A stretch of DNA of 63,136 nt, filler included, from Octopus bimaculoides (taxonomy: Eukaryota): assembly GCF_001194135.2 (NCBI RefSeq). It is 5 parts of 5 records of this genome, joined end to end, with 100 filler letters (N's around TTAATTAATTAA, not from the genome) between each part and the next. Parts side by side here need not be neighbours in the genome. Positions count along the whole stretch, not along the records: positions 1 to 23,298 come from NC_069007.1; positions 23,399 to 38,785 come from NC_068998.1; 3 more parts are not named here. One strand, written 5' to 3'. The translations under genes were made by a program, and so were the position numbers. This document shows, piece by piece, positions 22,133-34,330 of this stretch. Each line of letters begins with the position of its first letter. Within the stretch, counting starts at the first letter, position 1. The notes under the pieces were generated by a model. The model made no database searches, was not told the DNA's origin, and saw only the letters and a program-made list of their open reading frames with translations.

Positions 22133-22375
22133 TTGGTGGTCATGCTGGAGCAGCATCTTGAAGGGGTTTGGGTCAAAGAAATCGACTCCAGGACATATGT
22201 AGTTTCTTTAAAGTCTGCTACTTATTCTATCGATCTCTTTTGCCAAACGGCTACACTATGGGGATGTAAACAATCCAACATACTTGTGCAAGTGTCTTCT
22301 ACTATAGCCTCCGGCTGACCAAACACCGAAATTGAAAGAAGCCCGTCGTGTATGTATATATGTATGTGTGTGTGT
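22133..22375. mobile_element. Rearranged SINE family A fragments (minus then plus)
   Basis: 3' body in reverse, followed by TGCAAGTGTCTTCTACTATAGCC...GAAAGAAGCCCGTCG forward. Confidence 0.6.
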
Positions 22376-22441
22376 ATACTGAGAGAGCTAGATCTCGTGT
22401 TCGACGACCTGCTAACATTGATATATCCATTTATAACAGAG

Positions 22442-23027
22442 GATGAACTGCAGCTGTAATCTAAAGCAGTACAAGTATCTATATGATACCGGAATACTCA
22501 ACTACTTGCATTATAACAATGAATGAGTTGATGTTACAGTTTCCATATATAAATCAAACGGGTTTTCGCTGGAGCTAGTGAACAGGGGAGACAACTCTTT
22601 ACATCAATTACCTTTCTTTAANNNNNNNNNNNNNNNNNNNNNNNNNNNNNNNNNNNNNNNNNNNNNNNNNNNNNNNNNNNNNNNNNNNTATTGTGGTTGG
22701 GAAGCAAACTTCTCACCGCACAGCCACACTCGTTTCTGACTGGATCGGGCAAGATGCGATTATAATGCATTATTTAAATGGAATTATATTTTCGAGAAGA
22801 GAATGATTGCCGGTTTCCGAGGTGGGGGGGGGAAGATTTAAAGGGAGGTAATTGATGTAAGAGTTGTCTCCCCTGTTCACTAGCTTCAATAGGTTCAGCT
22901 AAAATCCGTTTGATTTATATATGGAAACTGTAACATCAACTCATTCATTGTGTTATAATGCAAGTGGTTGAGTATTCCGGTATCTTACAGATACTTGTAT
23001 TACTTTAGATTACAGCTGCAGTTCATC
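22442..23027. mobile_element. Foldback/MITE with ~175-bp inverted arms (22442-22613 and 22846-23027)
   Basis: GATGAACTGCAGCTGTAATCTAAAG... and ...CTTTAGATTACAGCTGCAGTTCATC; arms roughly 90% identical by eye. Confidence 0.85.
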
Positions 23028-23298
23028 ATCATCGTTTAACGTCCGCTTTCCATGCTAGCATGGGTTGGACGATTTGACTGAGAACTGGTGAAACCGGATG
23101 GCAACACCAGGCTCCAATCTAATTTGGCAGAGTTTCTACAGCTGGATGCCCTTCCTAACGCCAACCACTCAGTGTAGTGGGTGCTTTTACGTGTCACCCG
23201 CATGAAAACGGCCACGCTCGAAATGGTGTCTTTTATGTGCCACCCGCACAAGCCAGTCCAGGGTCACTGGCAACGGCCACGCTCAAAATGGTGCATCT
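23022..23298 (-). mobile_element. SINE family D
   Basis: CATCATCGTTTAACGTCCGCTTTCCATGCTAGCATGGGTTGG...CTGGATGCCCTTCCTAACGCCAACC. Confidence 0.85.
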
Positions 23299-23342
23299 NN
23301 NNNNNNNNNNNNNNNNNNNNNNNNNNNNNNNNNNNNNNNNNN

Positions 23343-23354
23343 TTAATTAATTAA
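23343..23354. other. Assembly spacer TTAATTAATTAA inside an N-gap (also 38830-41, 48274-85, 56705-16)
   Basis: Identical palindromic six-frame-stop 12-mer embedded in N runs four times. Confidence 0.95.
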
Positions 23355-23398
23355 NNNNNNNNNNNNNNNNNNNNNNNNNNNNNNNNNNNNNNNNNNNN

Positions 23399-23735
23399 GT
23401 TAAATTCCTCCACAATGCTTTGAGGTTTGGTCCAGATTATGAAGCAATCGTCCAGGTATCTCTTCCATGCTTTTTCTATAAGCTTCCTAAATTCGGTGTT
23501 ATATCTCTCCTCTATTTCCTGGTAGAGTTTTTGTTCCAAGTAACCCATCACCGAATTCGCATAAACGGGGGCAAACCTCGTCCCCATAGCCGTGCCTTTA
23601 ATTTGGATATAGTTCTTACCATTGAAGAAGAACGTATTATTTTCCAGGATAAGTCTCACTGATTCTAGTATAAATGTCACCGTGTACCTGTTGGGAATTG
23701 CTTCTCTGTGTTTGTTTACCCAGTATTCAACCGCA
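23399..23735 (-). mobile_element. Penelope-like element reverse transcriptase fragment
   Basis: ILENNTFFFNGKNYIQIKGTAMGTRFAPVYAN...WKRYLDDCFIIW are PLE RT motifs; truncated by a gap and a (TA)n tract. Confidence 0.9.
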
Positions 23736-23761
23736 TTTATACATGTATATGTATATATTTG

Positions 23762-23809
<48 letters not shown>

Positions 23810-24752
23810 CATACTTACACACACAATTACTTATATATGTATATATATTGTATTCCAGTCATCATTAATATAAATATTTATATAGATTATATAGCATAAT
23901 TACATTGGTTAAAACATAAACGTTAAACGATAAAATAATATAGTCAATTATAGAACGTAGTATAATATATCTATCTAACGTATTTATCGATCTATTTATC
24001 AATCGATATATCTATGTACTAATCGATGTATATATGTTTGTACGTAACTATTAGTCATTATTTGTATCTTTCAATGGAGCGATCTTTCTATCCACTGATT
24101 TACCATTCTCTCTTAGTGACCCTTAGTGTATACATGTATGTAGTTATCTCTGACTGTATCTTTTCTCTATATATTTATCTGCATACACATCTGTGTGTCT
24201 ACGAGTGAGTGGATAATGCATAAATTATAATGTAACTGTCTATATGCGTTGTGTGTTTACAACATCATATATTTCTTACATATTTGTATATTTCAAATAA
24301 ATATTCACTGAAATACTTTACACAGATGCACAAAATACATTAGTAAATTGTCGATGACAATATTCAAAATTGAAATTCACTGAAAGGATGATATATGTGT
24401 TTCAATTTCTTGAAAAATCGTACACAAAGTTTCCCTCACATTGTGTCATTAATTTCGGAAGGCGTATATTGTAGGTTTTAGAGAGAATAATGCCCTAATT
24501 CAGACATTAATCATACAGTGAGAAACGTCTTATGCAATATAAGTTTTTTTTAATAGCCTCATTTACTTGCGAACGAGAGAGATTTGAAGTGATAAGCCAT
24601 CTACCTCGAAATAGTGTTAGGTCATTTACCACAACACACGTTGGGTACTTTTTATTCTGGTTACGCTCTCTCCGAAACAAATGACGGGATGCTAATGGAT
24701 GACAGTTCTTTAATTATTGGTCAGCTGGATTAAAAGTAACATTTGGCAAACT

Positions 24753-24800
<48 letters not shown>

Positions 24801-25149
24801 CACAGCAGACTCTGTGGGTTGTGATGATATTTTATCTACGAGTGGTCTTGATGATTTTTACGAGTTCAAATGTTTTGCCTATTAGAGCAGCAACTGCGTT
24901 ATATTTTAATTGGGCGTCAGTTGAAAATCATGCACACATACACACTTACGCACATACACACACTGCCCGGGCAATTACAATACACACACATCCATACACA
25001 GATACACACACATACCCATGTGCACACACACACCGCGCTCTGACCAGAAAGGAACACACACATCCATACAGTTACACGCAACTACATGCCATTCCTATGA
25101 ATATTACATATAATCTCCAAAACACCAGCCAAATTACTGAACCATAATA

Positions 25150-26616
25150 TTAGGTTGTTCCAAAAATAATGGCCGCTCTAAGTGTTGCGCTTTGAAACGC
25201 AATTTTATCATAGTATTTTAATTATATTTTCGGTGAATTTCGACATACCTAAAAATTGATGTATGTTCTTTAATAATTTACTACTTATTCCAGACAGAAA
25301 ACATTCTTGTAACATAGGCGCCATTAATCATGAACATAACAAAAAAGGGCCTTCGCTTATTTTCCTTGCATGAATTCAAGCTTGGGCACAATGCCTCCCA
25401 AAACTGCCGTCAATATCAACACAACATGGGGAGAGGGGTTCACAAGTGATCGCACAGTACGAAGGAGGTTTCAGATATTCCGTATTAGTGATGCGAACCT
25501 TGAAGATGAGGAAGGTAGAGGACGGTCATGCAGTCTTGACAATGAGCACATAAAAGCAATTGTTGAACAAAACCCACGTCAAAGTGTCAGAGAAATGTCT
25601 AAGGCACTTGGTGTCGATATTGCAACGGTCTCACGCAATCTGCAGAAGATTGGTATGGTGGAAAACCTCGATAAATGGGTACCGCATAGGTCAATGAAAA
25701 TCAAGAAGTTCTGCGTTTTGAAGTGTACTTGATGATCTTTCTGTGAAATACCAATGATCCTTCTCTTGACCGAACAATCACTTGTGAGAAGTAGATCCTT
25801 TATGATAACCGTACAAGATCAGATCAATGGCTTCATCGTGATAAGACCCCCAAACATTTTCCAAAGCCAAAGATGCATCAGCAAAAGATTATGGTGGCTG
25901 TCTGGTGGTCTGCAAATGGTGTTGTCCAGTACAGCTTTCTGGAAGCCAATCAGAGCATTACAGCAGAGGTTTACTGCAATCAACTCGCTGAAATGCAGGC
26001 TCACTTGCAAAGNNNNNNNNNNNNNNNNNNNNNNNNNNNNNNNNNNNNNNNNNNNNNNNNNNNNNNNNNNNNNNNNNNNNNNNNNNNNNNNNNNNNNNNN
26101 NNNNNNNNNNNNNNGTACAGCTTTCTGGAAGCCAATCAGAGCATTACAGCAGAGGTTTACTGCAATCAACTCGCTGAAATGCAGGCTCACTTGCAAAGTA
26201 TGAGAACTGCATTGGTGAATCGGCGTGGCCCAATTCTACTCTACGATAATGCAAAGCCAGATTTTGCAAGAATGACACTGCAGAAAATCAGAGATTTGGA
26301 ATACGAGACTTTACTACATCCTCGATATTCTCCTGATCTTTCGCCCACTGGCTACCATTTTTAAAGCATTTAAGTACGTTTTTAATTGATAAAACTTTCA
26401 GGTCCAGAGGTGGAATTAACTTTCAAAGATTTCTTAGTTTCAAAGCCAATAAGTTTTTTTTTTTATCAACGAGGCATTAATAATCTCGTTGATCGATGGC
26501 AGAGATGCATAGATGTTCTCGGTTCTTGCTTTGACTAATCAAAACATTTCTATTGTTAATTTTTCCAGAATAAAAATGCGTTTCTGAAATCGGCCATTAT
26601 TTTCGGAACAATTTAA
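25150..26616 (+). mobile_element. Mariner (DD34D) transposon, near full length, transposase pseudogenised
   Basis: TIRs TTAGGTTGTTCCAAAAATAATGGCCG and CGGCCATTATTTTCGGAACAATTTAA, with TA on both sides. KWVPH and YSPDL motifs are present, broken by frameshifts and stops. Confidence 0.95.
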
Positions 26617-28247
26617 TAGAACCAGCTCACCAAACAAGCCTTTCCTGGCTCCACAACAACTATTACAACATTTTGATCATGTGACTACCATCAACCACCC
26701 ACACTGTTTTCAGTCAGAAAGCAATTCTAAGCCACCATATCTAAAAAATAGAGCCATCTTTTGATCACGTGACTATCATCAGCGACAACATTGTTTTTTT
26801 TTAAACGAAGGCAAATTTGAGCTTACCATCTCTGTATAAATTAGTGGTAACTGTTAAATTACATCCAGATGCGAGACCCTACGACCGGCTCCGAGAACTA
26901 TAAATGGCTTGTTATTTATCTACTCAACTTTTTTTTTTTAATTCAAGATGCTGCAATCAATTATGTTTTCTGATAACAGTGAGACTAAAACTGTAGTACC
27001 CACTGATTCACAAACCAGGCACGTTTTATCCTGTCAAAAACTCTATTATTTGATTTAGATATATCTATGTAAATTCTTTGTTATCTTCTATCATTGTATT
27101 ATTTGATCTAAAGGTTTTTCGGTGAAAAACGTTTTGGGCTCATCACAGAGGATACACAAAACCTCACACTTTATTTTTGGAAATGTTTTTTAAATAAGTG
27201 AAACCAGTTAAGTTAATAAATACTTTTAAAAGACTCCTGCATTTTCAGATTCCTTTCCTGATATACTCACTCGTACAGTAACCCCAACTTTTATATATGT
27301 ATATATATACATATATATNNNNNNNNNNNNNNNNNNNNNNNNNNNNNNNNNNNNNNNNNNNNNNNNNNNNNNNNNNNNNNNNNNNNNNNNNNNNNNNNNN
27401 NNNNNNNNNNNNNNNNNNNNNNNNNNNNNNNNNNNNNNNNNNNNNNNNNNNNNNNNNNNNNNNNNNNNNNNNNNNNNNNNNNNNNNNNNNNNNNNNNNNN
27501 NNNNNNNNNNNNNNNNNNNNNNNNNNNNNNNNNNNNNNNNNNNNNNNNNNNNNNNNNNNNNNNNNNNNNNNNNNNNNNNNNNNNNNNNNNNNNNNNNNNN
27601 NNNNNNNNNNNNNNNNNNNNNNNNNNNNNNNNNNNNNNNNNNNNNNNNNNNNNNNNNNNNNNNNNNNNNNNNNNNNNNNNNNNNNNNNNNNNNNNNNNNN
27701 NNNNNNNNNNNNNNNNNNNNNNNNNNNNNNNNNNNNNNNNNNNNNNNNNNNNNNNNNNNNNNNNNNNNNNNNNNNNNNNNNNNNNNNNNNNNNNNNNNNN
27801 NNNNNNNNNNNNNNNNNNNNNNNNNNNNNNNNNNNNNNNNNNNNNNNNNNNNNNNNNNNNNNNNNNNNNNNNNNNNNNNNNNNNNNNNNNNNNNNNNNNN
27901 NNNNNNNNNNNNNNNNNNNNNNNNNNNNNNNNNNNNNNNNNNNNNNNNNNNNNNNNNNNNNNNNNNNNNNNNNNNNNNNNNNNNNNNNNNNNNNNNNNNN
28001 NNNNNNNNNNNNNNNNNNNNNNNNNNNNNNNNNNNNNNNNNNNNNNNNNNNNNNNNNNNNNNNNNNNNNNNNNNNNNNNNNNNNNNNNNNNNNNNNNNNN
28101 NNNNNNNNNNNNNNNNNNNNNNNNNNNNNNNNNNNNNNNNNNNNNNNNNNNNNNNNNNNNNNNNNNNNNNNNNNNNNNNNNNNNNNNNNNNNNNNNNNNN
28201 NNNNNNNNNNNNNNNNNNNNNNNNNNNNNNNNNNNNNNNNNNATATA

Positions 28248-28289
<42 letters not shown>

Positions 28290-28801
28290 AAAATATTGAA
28301 GAGCCGAAGAAGGCGAAGGATTAGAAAGGTATGTCAGATTTAATCACTTTAGTGTGAGATATGTGATAAGAATAGGAATCATTATGCCTGTCGTGGACGG
28401 AGGTAAAGAGGCGGATATTGTTTAAGACAATTGATAAAATTATCGAACTGGGTGCAGGTACATTGCAAACGAAAGTGATAAACTGTCAAGCTCTTATCTG
28501 GTCAGGATGATGGTGCCAAAACTGTCCTTAATATATCAACCGAACAGTTCTGGGATTTTTCCGGTGAACTGAGAAGAGTTGCTCTTGAATGTGACGTACA
28601 AAGAAACTGCCATGATTCTGACTTATCCTAATTCCAAAAGTAACCCTTCTGACAGGTTATCAAAATTCTCCAGAGATAGAAACTCAATTTAGGGTTAGGA
28701 CGAGTTCGGTTACGTGGAGCGTGTGGTAGTGCTAGCTACGAGAAGTAGTTACCGAGCTAGGAAATGTTTAAGGGCTGAAATTGTCTAATATATCCGAAGT
28801 A

Positions 28802-29683
28802 CGAGGACTGATCATAAGTATCCGTCGTAATGAAGCCAACGTACGCATAGTAAAGCCGCTTAGCACAGATTGACTTAGAACTCCGCTGTGCATGCGCACA
28901 AAATTTTAACGCACTAGCTCACTTCCGTTGTTTGCAGCATTGCTTGGAAAGAAGGTGTGTAGCGTGTGATCCTTGCATTGATCATGGCAGAGAAAGTTGT
29001 CATAGCGATACATATTCAGAGGCCTACGCAAAGTTGCAAAAAGTGTATGGAGAGGGGTGTATGAGCCGCACACAAGTGTACGAGTGGTTCAGATGTTTCC
29101 AAGATGGCTGAATATATGTCGATATTGAGGAATGTTCTAGGAGACCAGCAACCAGCACAGCTGAGAAAGATATCACTGAAGTGCTTGCAACTGTGAGGGG
29201 AAATCTTCAGATCACCACCCCTGAGTTATCAGAGGATGTGAAAATTAGTTACGTTTCAGTTTAGTCCATTATCACTGAAGGTTTGGGTATGAGACGCGTG
29301 TCTGACAAGTTTGTATCAAAACTTCTTTCAGCTGACTAAAACGACACTCGTCTTTCACTCGCACAAGACCTACTTGATTGTGTCGAAAACAATGAAATAC
29401 TTTTTGAAAAGTTTGTGTTGGCCTCTGAGCAGGTATCACCAAACTTTTGGCAAAATGTGATGCAGATTCTCTGCTCAACTATCTCTGTCATGGTCAATGC
29501 GATGATCACACACTACACACCTTAGTTCGAAACACTGTTGTAAACAACGGAAGTGAGTTTGAACGTTAACACTTAGTGCGCCTGGACAGCAGAGTTTAAG
29601 GTTAATCTTACCAAGCGGATTGACTGTGCATGATTTAGCATCGTTACTATGGCAACGGTCCGGATACTTAATGATAGACCACG
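28802..29683 (+). mobile_element. Second mariner family, internally deleted
   Basis: TA|CGAGGACTGATCATAAGTATCCG ... CGGATACTTAATGATAGACCACG|TA. HTH remnant AYAKLQKVYGEGCMSRTQVYEWFR and LGMRRVSDKFVSKLL. Confidence 0.9.
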
Positions 29684-29730
29684 TATGTATATTTCATTCA
29701 CCAGTTGGTTGAACGAAGTTATATTCTCAC

Positions 29731-29969
29731 ATTTCTTATTTCTTTACTGCCCACAAGGGGCTACACACAGAGGGGACAAACAAGGACAGACACACGGATT
29801 AAGTCAATTATATCGACCCCAGTGTGTAACTGGTACTTATTTAATCGACCCCGAAAGGATGAAAGGCAAAGTCGACCTCGGTGGAATTTGAACTCAGAAC
29901 GTACCGGCAGACGAAATACCGCTAAGCATTTCACCCGGCGTGCTAACGTTTCTGCCAGCTCGCCGCCTT
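29731..29969 (-). mobile_element. SINE family C, near full length
   Basis: CGACCCCGAAAGGATGAAAGGCAAAGTCGACCTCGGTGGAATTTGAACTCAGAAC...CCAGCTCGCCGCC. Confidence 0.9.
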
Positions 29970-31117
29970 TAAATAAGCTTCCTGGAGATTCTCACATTTC
30001 TTCAAAGCTATTTATCTGATTTATTCCGATTCATTTAATTTCTAAATCTTAAAACCTCTCCGGAGAGTATTTCCTCTGTGCAAATTTAAATGAATTGATA
30101 TTAGATTCATTATATGTGTTGCTGTCTCCTACGCGTATTACTGTGCAGAATGCACTTCTCACGAATATTCTCATATTCCTATCGTTATTGGCTTCCTCCC
30201 TCGAAATAATTCTCTATGAAGCTTATTCTCATTGTCTGGTTAACTTTGCCTATCTGAATTATGAAGTAATTCCCTCCAGCAATGCGAGCTCCTGATATGT
30301 ATACGATGGTTATAATATGATACTTCACCGAGCAACTTGAATCGTAAACTTCCAAAAACATAATGAATGTGAAACGGATGCATGTTTAGCTAGCAGTATT
30401 ACATTACTACTGTATATTTAATATCGGAAATAATTGGTATAACAGCAACTGAAATTGTTATCGACCTCCATTACCTGCAATGTCTTGCGGCACGAACAGA
30501 ATATTTATTCTTTTATCAACGTCAAACCAACATGGTACTCGCTTTTCTTTCTTTTAATATACATGAAAACTTTACATCGTTATTATCAAATCTCCTTTAC
30601 TTGAGGATATATATTTGAAATTAAATCATTCCCAATTATTTCACTTATTCCTATATTTCATTAGTGCTGTTATATATTTAAGTATTCCTCCAGGTTAATT
30701 TGTTCAAATGTTTCCATTTCTTCAAGACGGAAATAATATCCAATCTTTGCACACTGCAACATCGTTAATTAATGCTTCAGTTATTATGCTAATTTAATTA
30801 CTTCTAATACATCTTTCTATTTCAAGTTACGCAGCCAGTTCAAGTTATTCATTTATTAACTTTACGTTTCTTCATAACACACGACACTCAATTCAACGGA
30901 ATTTGCAAATTGCATTCAGTTTTCACATATCTCGACAAATTTTCAAGGGTCAATTTTTAATCAAGAATATTGCAGAAATAAAATTCTCCTCAATAATACA
31001 CGTTTGGATGTTTAGCCTTTATCCTCAATTGACTTTACACAGTGAAAGTATTCATGTTACGTGTAATGTAGTGATACAGTATATGTCTTAGACATGACGG
31101 TCCAAATATTCAACTAA

Positions 31118-31800
31118 CTAGCAAATCTACCCGTCTACGACGGAGGCATAATGACAGTATGTGTTGAGAAATGTGTAAATGGACTTGATAGATTACTGCG
31201 GATGTCTTAGAGAAATCACATTATTCACGGTGATACAGCATTCTATTACAGCTATATGACGTGTTTGCAACTAAGTGACATGTGATGACGATTCACTCCC
31301 TAACTGAAATAGGATCCCAGCCTCTGTATCATGAATGGTTATGTGGATCACTCCTAACGATAACCAGGGCTTCCTTCGACCACTACACAAAACGTATTAA
31401 GAAAGAAATGTTTTTTAGATACACTTTTATTTTAGTAGTCTATACTATTTTACGCTTCTCTATACTCTCATACATTCAAAGTTCACATATTTTCTTTTTA
31501 AATTATGAACCATATTCCTTTCAACATGATTACAAAACTTCTTTGTAGACAATATTTTCTGTTTGGTCGACACTAATTTTCAAATTGCTGGAGTCCGTTG
31601 CTCTACGCATAGCGACGTATAACTGGCCTTGTGTAAACATCGGAGTGGGTAAATATACACTTACACCATCTAACGTCTGGCCCTGTGACTTGTCTGCTGT
31701 GAATTCGCGAGTGGAATCTTTAGGTTTGCTAAACATCAAACTAAGACATACCTCTCACAGTTCAATGTGAACAATGTCTGGATGTTTTGGTACCATGGGT
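31118..31800 (-). mobile_element. Helitron 3' end with a PIF1-like helicase C-terminal remnant
   Basis: KSQGQTLDGVSVYLPTPMFTQGQLYVAMRR...TENIVYKEVL* (31530-31739). Terminal CTAG at 31118-21 with hairpin CCGTC-TAC-GACGG at 31131-43. Confidence 0.85.
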
Positions 31801-31959
31801 TATTTTGATTGACAAAACTAAGATGTAAACAACAGCCGATTCGATTAGCCGTTTCGTATCCTACTCGAGACTGACACACTTCAATATCGACTAGATAATC
31901 ACACACACACTATATACTGACAGACACTTTTCCCATTTTATTTTGTTTATTAACCGTCC

Positions 31960-32550
31960 TCGCGACTCCCTTCGTATCTATGATGGGGCCACGAACTATA
32001 CGATGAAAATCCAGAGTTATTCGTGGTCGGTGAATTTTTAATAAAAATGCGAAGGTGGTTTATCAATTCAAAAATCGATATCCACGAAATAATTGTACTT
32101 TCTGATTTTGAAATGCTAAAACCTACCTGTCGACCGACTTTGTATTCCCGAAAAATATCGTAACCATTGTTCCGGCCGTCTGGCCATGAATAGAAAACAG
32201 ACAAAGAGACGAACTGAGGGACATAACACCCATTAGCAAATCTACACATCTACGATGGGAAATCAAAGGATAGTATCGCAAAAATAAACCCTCTAAATTC
32301 ACAAATTATACGGGAGAAATACGAAGTCAATCCACGTCGCCGGAATTTTAATTAAAAAACATCAGTTTATTTATTAATACAAAACTCAATATCCACTAAA
32401 TAATCATACTTTGTCACATTTTTTTTCGCTAAAAACCTCCCTGATTACCTCTTTCGTAATCCCGAAAAACATCGTGACCTTTGTTCCAGCCATTTGACAG
32501 AGAGACAGACGGACAAACAGAAAGATAGACATAATGCCCGGTATTAAGAT
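31960..32550. repeat. Two diverged ~290-bp units, probably Helitron-internal
   Basis: AATTTTAAT(A/T)AAAA...ATATCCAC...AAAACCT...TCCCGAAAAA(T/C)ATCGT(A/G)ACC(A/T)TTGTTCC(G/A)GCC occurs twice. Confidence 0.55.
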
Positions 32551-34236
32551 GTTACTAAAAAATACTCACCTTTGAGACGAGTTTCTATGTAATATATTCT
32601 CTGGCTACAATTTAGTGCATGGATGTCACTCAAATTTTTGCCTACTGTATTAGATAATCACTAACCAGATTATCCATTGAACTCCAAGGCAGAACATAAA
32701 ATATAATATCGACCCTGTGAAATGCCTTCTTCTTCTAAATTTGGGTTAACCGATCTTAAATAGAAAAACAAGAACACTTTCAACAAAAATTATTCAAAAT
32801 ATTTTACTTCCACTAAATTGTAAAATGTTCATTGAAAAATCTGCTAAAATATTTGTTTTAAAATAGAGGCCATTGTGGTTTCCCTCTTTCGAAATTGTGA
32901 TTTCCTTCTTTCGAAATTTCATATATTTTCTATTTCATTTTCCGTCCGTCTGCACTAACATCATATTGCTAATATCTGTTGTAAATAGCAATCAAATACG
33001 CTTATTCCTAAACTAATAGATAATAGGGTAAATAATCACCGCTATCCTTGAGAAATTACATGAAGCTGAAGCGTTATGGCACCTCCTTACAAGGCAGCCT
33101 GATGCAGATTTCTCTTATCTATGATTTTTGGTCTACGTGGCTTAAATACGACAGGTATGTAGCTCGACTATCTTATCAGTCCAATCTTAGCACTTAAGAG
33201 ACTTGCACATTACTTACGTTTGTGAAGGTGTTCATGACTAATATCACAACTCATATCGTGTAAGATTCAAATCCAACATCTCATTTCATTATTCCTAGTT
33301 TCACCAATATAATGGCTAAAAGTGTTGTACCAACAATTTTGTATTGCTTCCATACATACTTTCTTTCTGAAACTGTACGCAATACATCTCCCTTCATCTT
33401 CAAAGAGAATACAATCTAATCGATTACACTGCTATTTCTAACAAGTCGTCTGACAATGCAGACAGCGTCTTTTTTGTCTTGACGATATTTCGGTATCTGG
33501 ATAGTAGATTTAACATATATTATATTACAACCATGCAGTTAACTTTACATATTAATAATCAGATCGTTTTGAGACATATATCAACATAGATTTTGTATCC
33601 TTCTAGGTTAAATCCCAAATACCCTAACTATAAGTAGTCAGTGTCATAGTATCTTGTCTGACATAGTATAACAGTATACCTAGGACGAAGTTATAAAACG
33701 TAATTTCAAATCTTCGCACAATAAGTTATGGTCTGACTGATGTTTGGCTTCTATTTACAGAGGATCCTTAGGCAAAGCCAACAATAATTTGTTTAGAAAA
33801 CCTTTGTTTCCAGGCTGGTCAACGATACGGAAGTTTTATGACTGCTTATAGATTATGATCTCCTACAAGGGCACCAAACTATTGACATTCATCAAGAGGT
33901 AAATTACCTTGAGTCATTGCATAGTATTTATTAATGTGACAAGGTAAATGCAGAAACTAATACATTTCATTGAAATGCATTCAAATAAGCCGCTGTCATC
34001 CTGGTGGGAATCACATTCAGCTCCATTTCATAATTATCGTTCACATTCCATTCTAAATAGCAATGATAGGGGGCACTCCAAATTTTTTTTCATCAGCGAA
34101 TATAGAATTTCATTATATATAATTTTATCTCCTTCCCTTGCAAAACTATGTCTGATAACAGGCGAACAAAAATTACCAGAGATTAATTCACTCGGAAAAT
34201 TATATATCCCTCAAGACCAGTAGTATTTATTTTAGT

Positions 34237-34241
<5 letters not shown>

Positions 34242-34325
<84 letters not shown>
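34242..34325. repeat. (CT)n microsatellite
   Basis: Direct read. Confidence 0.95.

Positions 34326-34330
<5 letters not shown>

Noticed and set aside
23343-23354. TTAATTAATTAA islands in gaps as a possible motif
   Set aside because: Synthetic six-frame-stop scaffold spacer.
25928-26198. Exact ~85-bp duplication inside the mariner across a gap (likewise 49817-49855 versus 49866-49904)
   Set aside because: Unmerged contig overlaps flanking N runs, not a biological tandem repeat.
30000-30600. Faint hAT-like (HC.IHQE.L) similarity on the minus strand
   Set aside because: Requires a frameshift within the motif and no other hAT motifs are visible.
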